Assembly (NCBI GenBank): GCA_002413045.1
Contig: DHWF01000026.1
Location: forward strand, 91,354 to 155,353
Reading direction: 5' to 3'
Origin: Chloroflexi bacterium UBA5189
GTDB lineage: Bacteria > Chloroflexota > Limnocylindria > Limnocylindrales > CSP1-4
Length of the DNA stretch: 64,000 bases
A program made the translations under genes and the position numbers. The notes under the pieces were generated by a model, which saw nothing but the letters and a program-made list of their open reading frames with translations, made no database searches and was not told the DNA's origin. Of the stretch, positions 20,278-29,052 are shown in pieces. Numbering within the stretch: the first letter of the stretch is position 1; each line of letters starts with the position of its first letter.

Positions 20278-23200
20278 GTGCAGCTGATCGACGGCCGGCC
20301 CGTCTACTCGGCGACGGATCTCGTTGGGTTCCTCGCGTGTTCGCATCGGCTCGCCCTCGAGCGCGCGGCGCTCGCGGGGCTTGTCCCGAAACCGATGCGC
20401 GAGGATCCACAGATCGACCTCATCGCGAAGCGCGGGCTCGCGCACGAGCGCCGGTATCGGGACGAGCTGGTCGCCAGTGGCAGGAGCGTGGTCGAGATCC
20501 AGCCGGACGGCTCGCTCGCCGATCGCGGTGAGGCACTCCGGGCGGCCGCCTCCTCGACCATCGAGGCGCTCAAATCCGGCGTCGACGTGGTGTACCAGGC
20601 GACCTTCTTCGACGGGCGCTGGGTCGGCTTCGCGGACTTCCTGCTCCGAGTCGAGCGGCCGAGCGCACTCGGGTCGTGGTCGTACGAGGTCGCGGACACC
20701 AAGCTCGCGCGCCACGTCAAGGGCGGTGCGGTCCTCCAGATCTGCTCGTACGTCGAGCAGCTGACCGCGATCCAGGGCCTCGAGCCCGAGTTCCTCCGCG
20801 TCGTGCTCGGCGGCAGTGCCCACGCCACGGAGTCGCTCCGCGTCGCGGATTACATGGCCTACTACCGGCGGGTGAAGCACGAGTTTGAGGCCGCGGTGGC
20901 CGCCGCAGAGCCCGTGTATCCCGTCACGGCCACCTACCCGGACCCGGTCGAGCACTGCGACGTCTGCCGATGGGTCGTCCAGTGCAAGGCGCAACGGCGG
21001 TCGGATGACGACCTCTCATTGGTTGCCGGCATCACTGCGCGCCAGCGCCGCGAGCTCAAGGCCCGGGACATCCGTCAACGCGGCGAGCTGGCGGCGCTGG
21101 ACCTTCCGATTCGACCCCGCCTTGACGGCGTGACCGACGCGTCGCTCCAGCGCATCCGCGATCAGGCCCGGCTGCAGGTCGAAAGCGATGCGCCGAACCC
21201 CATCCGGTGGACGCTGCTCGATCCGGAGCGCGATGCGAATCGCGTCCTTGTCGCGGATCGCGGGCTGCTTGTGCTGCCGGAGCCCTCGGCGCATGACCTG
21301 TTCTTCGACATCGAGGGTGATCCGTTCGCGCTGGAAGACGGCGTCGAGTACCTGTTCGGCGTTCTCGAGCCGTCGCGCGCGGATCCGGAGCGCCCCGATC
21401 AGCCGTACTTCCACGCAATCTGGAGCCGGGAGGTCGATGGCAGCGTGACCCGGCCAGCCGAGAAGGCCGCCTTCGAGTCGCTCGTCGACCTCCTCATCCA
21501 TCGGCTCGACACACACCCGGACATGCACGTCTACCACTACGCGGCGTATGAGCGGAGCGCGCTCGGGCGCCTCGCGCAGCGCCACGCCACGCGCGAGCTC
21601 GAGGTCGACCGGCTGCTTCGGGGCGGCGTGCTGATCGACCTGTTCCGGGTGGTTCGACAAGGCCTCCAGGCGGGCCTGGAGAGCTATTCGATCAAGCGCC
21701 TGGAGCCGCTGTACGGGCTTGTGCGCGAGGTCGAGCTCCGAAGCGTCGGTTCCAGCATCGTCGCGTTCGAGACGTGGCTCGAAGGCGGCACTGACGAGAA
21801 CGGCGCCGTGGGTGAGGCGATCCTGGCAACCATCGGCGGCTACAACCGCGACGACGTCCTGAGCACGTGGCGGCTTCGCGAATGGCTCGAGGCGCGCCGG
21901 CCGGAGCTCGCGGCGATGATCGGCGAGGCGGTCCCACGGCCGGGGGCAAACCCGGATGCCGAACGGCGCGAGATGCCGGAGCGGGAAGTCAGAGCGGAGC
22001 GACTCGGAAGCGCACTGACCTCGCGGCTCCCGGACGACCCCACCACGTGGTCGGAAGCGGATCGCGCGCGCTGGCTGCTCGCCCAGCTGCTCGGCTGGCA
22101 CCGGCGCGAGGACAAGGCGTTCTGGTGGCGCTACTTCTACCTGTGCGGCCTGACCGACGAGGACCTCATCGACGAGCGCGAGCCAATCGGCGCCGTGACG
22201 CTCGTGGAGGACCTCGGGCCGTCGGGCCGCGGCGGACGCAGGCAGGCCTTCTCGTTCCCACCGCAGGATCATCGGCTCGGGGTGGGCGATCGCGTCGACG
22301 ACCCCCGTTTCGAGGACCAGACCGGCACTGTCCTCGAGATCGACGACGTCGCGCGGCGCATCGTCCTCCATCGCACGAGGAGCCACGTCGACCAGGGGCT
22401 GCCGACATCGCTGGTGCCGCAGGAGCACTTCCGGGTCGAGGTCCTCGAGGATTCGATCGCTCGCAGCGCCGAATGGGTGGCCGCGAACGGGATCGACGCG
22501 CCCGGCGAGTTCCGTGCCGTCCGCGATCTCCTGATGCGGGCCGGACCTCGACTCGCGAACGCCGACCTGCTTCGGCGGGCGGACGAAACCGGACTCGCGG
22601 CCGCGCGCCGCCTCGCCCTCGAGCTCGATCACGGGTCGCTCGCGATCCAGGGACCGCCGGGCAGCGGCAAGACGTACACCGGGGCACGGATGATCGTGGA
22701 CCTCGTCAGGGCAGGCAAGCGCGTCGGAGTGACCGCCAACAGCCACAAGGTCATCGGCAAGCTCCTGAACGAGGTGGAGATCGCCGCGCGCGAGGCGACC
22801 ACGCCGGGTCGCCCGGTGCGGCTCGGCCAGGTGCCGGCGCGCGATTCGCCACCGACGTGCGCGGCCGCCATGCCCCTGACGAGCGACGGCATCCTCGTCC
22901 CGCTGGAGGCCGGTGCCGTCAACGTGGTCGGCGGCACCGCATGGGTCTGGTCACGGCCCGAGCTCGCGGGCGCGCTCGATGTGCTGTTCATCGACGAAGC
23001 GGGGCAGCTGTCGCTCGCAACCGCCGTGGCCATCGCCCACGCGGCGAAGTCCTTGGTCCTGCTCGGCGATCCGCAACAGCTGGATCAGCCATTACAGGGC
23101 ACCCATCCGCCGGGGGCCGAGCGCAGCGCGCTCGCCCACCTCCTCGGGGTGGAGGCAACGATGCCGGCGCACCTCGGCCTGTTCCTGGACCGGACCTGGC

Positions 23201-23901
23201 GTCTCCATCCGGACATCTGCACGTTCACGTCCGAGGTCTTCTACTCGAAGCGCCTCGAGCCGGAGGCGGGGATGGAGCGGCAGGCGCTCCTCGGATCGCC
23301 TGAGCTCGGCAGCACGGGAATGCGCTGGGCAGCCGTCGAGCACGAGGGCAATAGCACAGATTCCGAGGAGGAGGCCGAGCACATCGCGGCGCTCGTCCGC
23401 GACCTCCTGAACGGCGACACAGGCTGGCGCGACGATCGCGGCGGGGAGCGTCCTATCGGCCTGGCGGACATCCTGATCGTGGCCCCATACAACGCCCACG
23501 TGGACCGGATCGCGGATGCGCTGACCGCCGCAGGCTATCCCAGCGCCAACGTGGGAACCGTGGACAAGTTCCAGGGCCAGGAGGCGCCGATCTCGATCTA
23601 CGCGATGGCGAGCTCGACCCCCGAGGAGGCGTCTCGCGGGATGGAGTTCCTGTACTCCCTGAACCGCCTCAACGTCGCCACCTCTCGCGCAAGGTGCGTG
23701 GCGGTGGTCGTTGCGTCACCAGCGCTGGTGCGGGTCGCTTGCCACACGCCGCGCCAGATGCAGCTCGCGAACGCGCTGTGCAGGCTGGTCGAGATCGCGG
23801 ACGTGCAGACGGAGCGAAACCGGGTGGCTCCGGCCCAAGCGCCCGGCCCACGTACGGACACGCAGCAGCTCAGCTGGCTGGACGTGACTTCCCAAGCATG
23901 A
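20278..23901 (+). CDS. multidomain nuclease-helicase: Cas4/RecB-like PD-(D/E)XK nuclease (TM0106 family) with Cys cluster, a DnaQ-like exonuclease motif, and a C-terminal SF1 Upf1/DNA2-like helicase
   Basis: N-terminus: YEVADTKLARHVKGGAVLQICSY and C-x2-C-x5-C (HCDVCRWVVQCK). Middle: FFDIEGDP and YHYAAYERSAL. C-terminus: Walker A (GPPGSGKT), Walker B (VLFIDEAGQ) and helicase motifs (GDPQQL, VDKFQGQE, NVATSRAR). The GTG start has no SD, so the true start is uncertain. Confidence 0.8.
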   Translation: MQLIDGRPVYSATDLVGFLACSHRLALERAALAGLVPKPMREDPQIDLIAKRGLAHERRYRDELVASGRSVVEIQPDGSLADRGEALRAAASSTIEALKSGVDVVYQATFFDGRWVGFADFLLRVERPSALGSWSYEVADTKLARHVKGGAVLQICSYVEQLTAIQGLEPEFLRVVLGGSAHATESLRVADYMAYYRRVKHEFEAAVAAAEPVYPVTATYPDPVEHCDVCRWVVQCKAQRRSDDDLSLVAGITARQRRELKARDIRQRGELAALDLPIRPRLDGVTDASLQRIRDQARLQVESDAPNPIRWTLLDPERDANRVLVADRGLLVLPEPSAHDLFFDIEGDPFALEDGVEYLFGVLEPSRADPERPDQPYFHAIWSREVDGSVTRPAEKAAFESLVDLLIHRLDTHPDMHVYHYAAYERSALGRLAQRHATRELEVDRLLRGGVLIDLFRVVRQGLQAGLESYSIKRLEPLYGLVREVELRSVGSSIVAFETWLEGGTDENGAVGEAILATIGGYNRDDVLSTWRLREWLEARRPELAAMIGEAVPRPGANPDAERREMPEREVRAERLGSALTSRLPDDPTTWSEADRARWLLAQLLGWHRREDKAFWWRYFYLCGLTDEDLIDEREPIGAVTLVEDLGPSGRGGRRQAFSFPPQDHRLGVGDRVDDPRFEDQTGTVLEIDDVARRIVLHRTRSHVDQGLPTSLVPQEHFRVEVLEDSIARSAEWVAANGIDAPGEFRAVRDLLMRAGPRLANADLLRRADETGLAAARRLALELDHGSLAIQGPPGSGKTYTGARMIVDLVRAGKRVGVTANSHKVIGKLLNEVEIAAREATTPGRPVRLGQVPARDSPPTCAAAMPLTSDGILVPLEAGAVNVVGGTAWVWSRPELAGALDVLFIDEAGQLSLATAVAIAHAAKSLVLLGDPQQLDQPLQGTHPPGAERSALAHLLGVEATMPAHLGLFLDRTWRLHPDICTFTSEVFYSKRLEPEAGMERQALLGSPELGSTGMRWAAVEHEGNSTDSEEEAEHIAALVRDLLNGDTGWRDDRGGERPIGLADILIVAPYNAHVDRIADALTAAGYPSANVGTVDKFQGQEAPISIYAMASSTPEEASRGMEFLYSLNRLNVATSRARCVAVVVASPALVRVACHTPRQMQLANALCRLVEIADVQTERNRVAPAQAPGPRTDTQQLSWLDVTSQA

Positions 23902-23904
23902 AAA

Positions 23905-23929
23905 CGCGGGCCCGGTCGGGGCCCGCGTG
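23905..23929. terminator. GC-rich hairpin between convergent genes (ACGCGGGCC-GGTCG-GGGCCCGCGT); bidirectional terminator candidate
   Basis: Perfect 10-bp inverted repeat. The complement strand is followed by TTTTCATGC. Confidence 0.45.
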
Positions 23930-24056
23930 ATTGGAGGCGGCGCCGGACCGCCCACACCAAAGTGGGTCGCTCACCGGCACGGAACGGCCGGCGCCATGGA
24001 GGTGCCGGCGCGAGCCACGAGGGCCCGAGCCGGCACTTGGCAAATCGGTTGGGGGC

Positions 24057-24479
24057 CTAGACCGGCTCGCGCCGGAACAGGTTCACGGCCCACAGGATCA
24101 CGACTTCGAGGATCGACCAGCCGACGAGGGCCGCGATCGCCGCGATGTCGAGGATCGAGCCGCTCGCGTGGAGCGCGTCGGTGTTGAAGATCCCGACGAA
24201 TGGGGCCACGAACAGCTGGCTCGTGTTCAGGATGAACGAGACCAGGTCGTTGCCCTCGCGCGCGTCCAGCAACAGCAGCACGATGCGAAGGCCGATCAGC
24301 AGCTGGATGAGCCCGAAGATCAGCACGACCACGCGTCGGGTCATCTCGCCGCCGCTCGGGGAGACATTGGCAGTCTCGACGACCGAGGACGTCCGGGTCA
24401 CCGGCGTCGCGGGCACGGTGGCCGGATCGACGTACGGCTCCTGATCGGTTCTGGTGACGACTTGTCGTTGAACGGTCAT
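24057..24479 (-). CDS. YggT-family-like 2-TM membrane protein with disordered N-terminal extension (paralog of 57451..57891)
   Basis: ATG at 24479 is preceded by GGAGGG. The C-terminal 90 aa align with the second copy at 57451, and both end in REPV. The hydrophobic pattern (LIFGLIQLLIGLRIVLLLL) is YggT-like. Confidence 0.6.
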   Translation of the reverse strand: MTVQRQVVTRTDQEPYVDPATVPATPVTRTSSVVETANVSPSGGEMTRRVVVLIFGLIQLLIGLRIVLLLLDAREGNDLVSFILNTSQLFVAPFVGIFNTDALHASGSILDIAAIAALVGWSILEVVILWAVNLFRREPV

Positions 24480-24642
24480 GGGGTAGATCCCTCCATGCGG
24501 ATCCTCAGCGTGGCCTCGGACGGGTACACGCCGGGCGACATTCGGCGTCGAATCGCGTTGCAGTCGCGGTGCAGGTCGCAGTCCCGAGCCGCTGACCGGA
24601 CCTCCTCGCTTTTCGGACCCGGTGCGCTCGTGCGCGCGAAGA

Positions 24643-24867
24643 TCACATGGACGTGGCCGGTACGTCCAGGTCGGGGAGCAGGTCGGGCTCGCCGGACGCG
24701 ATGCCGCCCGCCTTGTCGTCGATCCGCTCGGCGAGTCGCTGCGGCAGCTCGGCGTCCGGATTGCTCGTGGGTTCCGGCACGTTGGCGCCGGGGAAGCGCA
24801 TCTCGGGACGGCCCTCCGCCTGGTCGTCGGGAACCTGCTCATGTGGGTCGCTGATGGGTGTGCGCAT
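24643..24867 (-). CDS. small acidic Pro/Asp/Glu-rich hypothetical protein (74 aa)
   Basis: A strong SD (AAGGAGG) lies 7 nt upstream of ATG at 24867. It is co-directional with the YggT-like gene 164 nt downstream. Confidence 0.45.
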   Translation of the reverse strand: MRTPISDPHEQVPDDQAEGRPEMRFPGANVPEPTSNPDAELPQRLAERIDDKAGGIASGEPDLLPDLDVPATSM

Positions 24868-24979
24868 TCGTGTGACCTCCTTGCTGCGTTCCGGCGACAG
24901 TGCGACCACGGGTGTGCTCGGCGTATCGGCACGCAAGCGCACCGCGGTTGCAGTCCGCTTGCGGCGAGCGACACGCCGC

Positions 24980-25005
24980 TGCAACGGTGAACGTGGATCG
25001 CGTTG
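24980..25005 (+). promoter_or_regulatory. promoter-like motif TGCAAC-N15-CGTTG upstream of the 25065 gene
   Basis: Identical motif and spacing to 28658..28683. It resembles ECF (SigH/SigR-type GGAAC-N16-18-GTT) promoters. Confidence 0.4.
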
Positions 25006-25064
25006 TCCCCGCGTGCCCGCGCACCGGCCACGATCAGCACGACCCCGTACAGAGGAGCAACCAC

Positions 25065-25505
25065 ATGACCGCTATCGTCCTGCCGGATCTCAACCAGAAG
25101 ACCATCGACGATCTTCGGGAGCGCGTTTCGAAGCTGTCGGACATCGACTTTTCGAAGATCGACCTGTCGAAGATCGAGATGCCCGCGCTTCAGGACGTCG
25201 GCAAAAGCGCCGATCAGGCGATCGACCGACTCCTTGGTCGCTCGCGCATGCCGATGTGGCCGTGGATCGCTGCCGGGATCGGGCTCATCGCCGTCATCGG
25301 CGCGATCACGGCCTGGTTCACGGTGATCCGTCGGTCGGCATGGTTCGGCGCGAAGACAGGCTGGCAGCAGCCAGGTACCGAGGACGGACCGTCGACCTTG
25401 GAGCCCGAGGGCATGACGACCCGGTCGCCAATGGCGGATGACCTGCGCGCCGCCGACCTGGTCACGTCCTTGGGCGCGACCTCCTATCCGATCGAGGAGG
25501 CCTAG
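25065..25505 (+). CDS. hypothetical single-TM membrane protein (147 aa)
   Basis: ATG at 25065 is preceded by GAGGAG. The N-terminal region is charged (DLSKIDFSKIDLSKIE-type repeats) and there is one TM (WPWIAAGIGLIAVIGAITAWF). Confidence 0.5.
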   Translation: MTAIVLPDLNQKTIDDLRERVSKLSDIDFSKIDLSKIEMPALQDVGKSADQAIDRLLGRSRMPMWPWIAAGIGLIAVIGAITAWFTVIRRSAWFGAKTGWQQPGTEDGPSTLEPEGMTTRSPMADDLRAADLVTSLGATSYPIEEA

Positions 25506-25835
25506 CCGCACGTGGCCGCCGAGACGGTCATCGCCGAGTTCCGGGTGGGCCGGCTCGACGGCATCCCGATCTGTCGCGCATGCGAGCGCTATCACGCGCC
25601 CGAGGAAGGCCATCGCCACTAGGGCCATCGCCACTCGGGCACTGCGCACGAGACGCGACCAGCGTCAACGTCGATCTCGACGAGCGGCTCGGAACCTTCC
25701 GGGCCGCTCGTCCGTTTCCGGTGCAAGCGAGTTGTGAGGTCGCGTCGGCGCGCACTTGCGCGCTCGATGCCGGCGCTGGGCGATCGTGGATTCCTCGCCA
25801 GCGACAGGCGAAACGATCGAACGAAGGAGCCCACG

Positions 25836-26072
25836 GTGAGTGCCCGCACCTTGGCGACAGCGTCCACCTTCATCGGACCCCGCCGGCCGCTCCGCGAGCT
25901 CAACACCATTGCCGACGTTCCCGCGATCGCCGCGGCGACGATGCCCAGCGAGACCGTGCCCAGCGCGGTCACCATGGCCGCCCGCCTCACCGGCGCCTCG
26001 ATGCGCCTCCTGGAGGTGAGCCTCGCCGCCGCGGCCATGACCACGGCACTCCTGCTCGGGGTGGGTCGCTAG
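25836..26072 (+). CDS. small hypothetical protein (78 aa), hydrophobic C-terminus
   Basis: GTG is preceded by AAGGAG at 7 nt and GC3 is about 90%. An antisense alternative (25619..26044) lacks an SD. Confidence 0.3.
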   Translation: MSARTLATASTFIGPRRPLRELNTIADVPAIAAATMPSETVPSAVTMAARLTGASMRLLEVSLAAAAMTTALLLGVGR

Positions 26073-26265
26073 GTCGGTTCCTCGGCGACGCCCGCCGGGG
26101 CGAGGTCCTCGGCGGCCCTCCTGGGTCTGCGTCTCTTACTCGGGCTGGTCGCCTCGTCGAGGCTCGGGCTCGCGCCGCCGCCGCGTCATGGGCCGCGCGT
26201 TGCGATTGCAGCGTGCTCGCACGTCGCGCTATGACACGCCCGGCCAGCCGGAGCATCATGGATCC

Positions 26266-28617
26266 GTGGCGCACTCAGTGATCGAGGGCGCGGCCGCCAC
26301 GGTGGCCTCGCCGATCCAGCTCCCGCCGCCGCAACCGAGGATCGTCCCGGCGACCGACCTCGGCGGTGTTGGCGTGCTCAAGCACGGCAACTTCTACTTC
26401 CTCTCGGATCCGTTCGGAGACGTCCATCCCGATTCGCGCGGCCTCGGGCTGTACGACCTTGACACGCGGATCCTGTCCTGCGCGATCCTTCGCATCAATG
26501 GCGTGCGGCCGACGCTCCTTCGGGCGCAGTCGGCGGCCAATCACCTGAGCACGATCCAGCTGACGAATCCGGAGGTCCGCAAGGACCCCTCGACGAAGCA
26601 GGCCACGACCCAGGCGCTCGCCATGCGCGCGATCTCGGTGATGCGCCGGCGCTGGATCGCCGGTGGGCTCGCCGAGCGGATCGAGGTCACCAACTACAGC
26701 GCCTTCGCCCAACAGGTCCAGCTGGACCTCGAGCTCGACGCCGACGCGGCGGACATCTTCGAGGTCCGTGGGCGCGTGCGCGCGCAGCGCGGCACCTATC
26801 GCCCCATCGAGGTGACCCCGGAATCGATCGTGTTCGGCTACGAGGGCCTCGACGGCCTCGTGCGCCGGACCCTCGTGTCGTTCACGGCCGGCGAGGTGAA
26901 CGCGAGCGTACGGGCAACGGTGGATGCCAGCGGCACTGTCGGGGGCGGCGAGGGCTCGGTCGGCATCCGGTGGCTGCTCGACGTCGAGCCCGGCGCCCGG
27001 GCGGGCATCCGCTGGGAGGTTGCGACCGACCTGTCACCCATGCCCGGGCATCAGCGGCCCGGCGATTCGAGCCCGGAACGCCTCGCGCGTTCCGTCACCA
27101 GCGGGCCGGCGAACGGGGCGGCGGGCGACGTCACGATCGGCGCTGGACCGATCGCCGAGCCCACCATCGCCGAGGAGGAATACGGCAAGTGGCACGAGCG
27201 CTGCGCCCGCATCCGCTCTGACGGCGAGCTGCTCGACCTCGCGATCCGGCGGAGCATCGCCGACCTGCGCCTGCTCCGGAACGACGGCCCGATGCTCGGC
27301 GAGCACTACGTCGCGGCGGGCGTGCCCTGGTTCGCGACCCTCTTCGGGCGCGACAGCATCATCACCTCCCTCCAGGTGCTGCCGTTCATGCCCGACGTCG
27401 CGCGCGAGACGCTGCGGGTGCTCGCCGATTGGCAGGCGACCGAGGACGACCCATCGCGGGACATGGAGCCGGGCAAGATCCTGCACGAGCTGCGCACCGG
27501 CGAGCTGGCCCGGACCAGCGAGCTGCCGCACCGGCCGTACTACGGCAGCGTCGACGCGACGCCGCTCTGGCTGATCCTCCTCGACGAGACCTACCGCTGG
27601 ACCGGCGACATCGGCCTGGTGAAGGCGCTCTGGCCGAATGCGCTCGCCGCCCTTCGCTGGATCGACGAGTACGGCGACCGCGACGGGGACGGCTTCGTCG
27701 AGTACGAGCGCCGGACGCCGTTGGGCCTCCTGAACCAGGGCTGGAAGGACTCGGGCGACGGCCTCCGGCATCGCGACGGCTCGCTCGCCCAGGCGCCGAT
27801 CGCGCTGGTCGAGGTCCAGGGCTACGTGTACGACGCCAAGGTCCGCATGGCAGGCCTCGCGGAGCGGCTCGGGGATCACGAGCTCGCCGCGAAACTGACG
27901 GGCGAGGCGGAGGCCCTGCGCGCGCGCTTTGATGCCGCGTTCTGGATGCCCGATGTCGGCTACTACGCGGTCGCACTCGACCAGGACAAGCGCCAGGTCG
28001 GGTCGATCACCTCCAACCCGGGCCACTGCCTGTGGAGCGGAATCGTGCCGAAGGAGCGCGTGAACGCAGTCGTCGACCGCCTCCTCGATCCCACGATGGA
28101 CTGCGGCTGGGGCATTCGCACATATGCGTCTGGGCAGCCCGGCTACAACCCCGTCGGCTATCACACCGGGACCGTGTGGCCGCACGACAACGCGCTGATC
28201 GCGGCGGGCATGAAGCGGGTCGGGCGCCACGATGCGTCGGACCGCATCGCGTCCCGGATCTTCGAGGCCGCGCAGCACTCGCCCGACTTCCGGCTGCCGG
28301 AGCTGTTCTGCGGCTTCGATCGCGGCCTCGCCGACGTGCCGGTCCCCTATCCGGTCGCCTGCTCGCCCCAGGCGTGGTCCGCCGCGACCTCGCTGTCGCT
28401 GCTCCAGACGATGCTCGGCATGCGAGCCGACGCGGCGCGCGACGTCCTCGAGCTGGACCGACCGCACCTGCCGGCGTGGCTGGGCAAGGTCACCGTGCAC
28501 GAGCTGCGCGTCGGCGAGCGGACCGTCGACCTGCTGTTCCATCGCTGGCGGGGTAACACCACCAGCGCCGAGGTCCTGCGCCGGGACGGGCCGCTGCAAC
28601 TCGTGATTCGCGTCTGA
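26266..28617 (+). CDS. amylo-alpha-1,6-glucosidase / glycogen debranching enzyme (GDE_C family)
   Basis: HYVAAGVPWFATLFGRDSIITSLQ and the downstream (alpha/alpha)6 catalytic domain match the archaeal-type GDE family. The start is uncertain: GTG 26266 or the ORF-track start 26188. Confidence 0.8.
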   Translation: MAHSVIEGAAATVASPIQLPPPQPRIVPATDLGGVGVLKHGNFYFLSDPFGDVHPDSRGLGLYDLDTRILSCAILRINGVRPTLLRAQSAANHLSTIQLTNPEVRKDPSTKQATTQALAMRAISVMRRRWIAGGLAERIEVTNYSAFAQQVQLDLELDADAADIFEVRGRVRAQRGTYRPIEVTPESIVFGYEGLDGLVRRTLVSFTAGEVNASVRATVDASGTVGGGEGSVGIRWLLDVEPGARAGIRWEVATDLSPMPGHQRPGDSSPERLARSVTSGPANGAAGDVTIGAGPIAEPTIAEEEYGKWHERCARIRSDGELLDLAIRRSIADLRLLRNDGPMLGEHYVAAGVPWFATLFGRDSIITSLQVLPFMPDVARETLRVLADWQATEDDPSRDMEPGKILHELRTGELARTSELPHRPYYGSVDATPLWLILLDETYRWTGDIGLVKALWPNALAALRWIDEYGDRDGDGFVEYERRTPLGLLNQGWKDSGDGLRHRDGSLAQAPIALVEVQGYVYDAKVRMAGLAERLGDHELAAKLTGEAEALRARFDAAFWMPDVGYYAVALDQDKRQVGSITSNPGHCLWSGIVPKERVNAVVDRLLDPTMDCGWGIRTYASGQPGYNPVGYHTGTVWPHDNALIAAGMKRVGRHDASDRIASRIFEAAQHSPDFRLPELFCGFDRGLADVPVPYPVACSPQAWSAATSLSLLQTMLGMRADAARDVLELDRPHLPAWLGKVTVHELRVGERTVDLLFHRWRGNTTSAEVLRRDGPLQLVIRV

Positions 28618-28657
28618 CCCCCCGCCCCGATCGGGACCGGAGCGCTCGACAGGCTGT

Positions 28658-28683
28658 TGCAACGGGACCCGAGGCTCCCGTTG
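28658..28683 (+). promoter_or_regulatory. promoter-like motif TGCAAC-N15-CGTTG inside the palindrome GTTGCAAC, upstream of glsB-like gene
   Basis: Same motif and spacing as at 24980. It lies about 80 nt upstream of the start at 28763. Confidence 0.4.
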
Positions 28684-28762
28684 TCGTCCCGGTCCGCCTT
28701 CGAGGCGACAGTGGTGAACGATCCCTCGGGATCGGACCAACACCGCAGCGACGGAGGCTCGG

Positions 28763-29044
28763 ATGAGCATCATTGCGTGGATCGTGCTCGGCGCGATCGC
28801 CGGCTACCTGGCCGGATTCCTCGTCCGTGGTGACGAGGGTCTGGGCATCATCGGGCACATCGTGCTTGGCATCGTCGGAGCGCTCGTCGGCGGCTTCCTC
28901 GCCGGCGTCCTGTTCCACACCAACCCGATCGACGGGGGGCTCGACCTTAGCTCGATCGTCGTCGCCACGATCGGCGCGGTGATCGCGGTCGTCGTCTGGA
29001 ACGCCGTCACCGGACGCGCGAGGACCGGCCGCGGCGTCGCCTGA
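28763..29044 (+). CDS. GlsB/YeaQ/YmgE family stress-response membrane protein (transglycosylase-associated)
   Basis: N-terminus MSIIAWIVLGAIAGYLAGFLV with glycine-zipper TM helices. It is a paralog of 57967..58239. Confidence 0.75.
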   Translation: MSIIAWIVLGAIAGYLAGFLVRGDEGLGIIGHIVLGIVGALVGGFLAGVLFHTNPIDGGLDLSSIVVATIGAVIAVVVWNAVTGRARTGRGVA

Positions 29045-29052
29045 CCGCCTGG

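Noticed and set aside
21016-22746. 576-aa minus-strand ORF antisense to the helicase gene
   Set aside because: It shares the wobble position with the real plus-strand gene, which is typical of a high-GC shadow ORF. It has Arg/Ala/Pro-rich low-complexity composition and no domain similarity.
25580-26281. 233-aa Arg-rich plus-strand ORF and 141-aa minus-strand ORF 25619..26044
   Set aside because: Out of frame with the SD-supported small ORF 25836..26072 and with the GDE gene. Low-complexity composition. They were considered as alternatives but lack an SD or homology.
27034-28773. 579-aa minus-strand ORF over the GDE gene
   Set aside because: Shadow ORF. The plus-strand GDE has clear family similarity.
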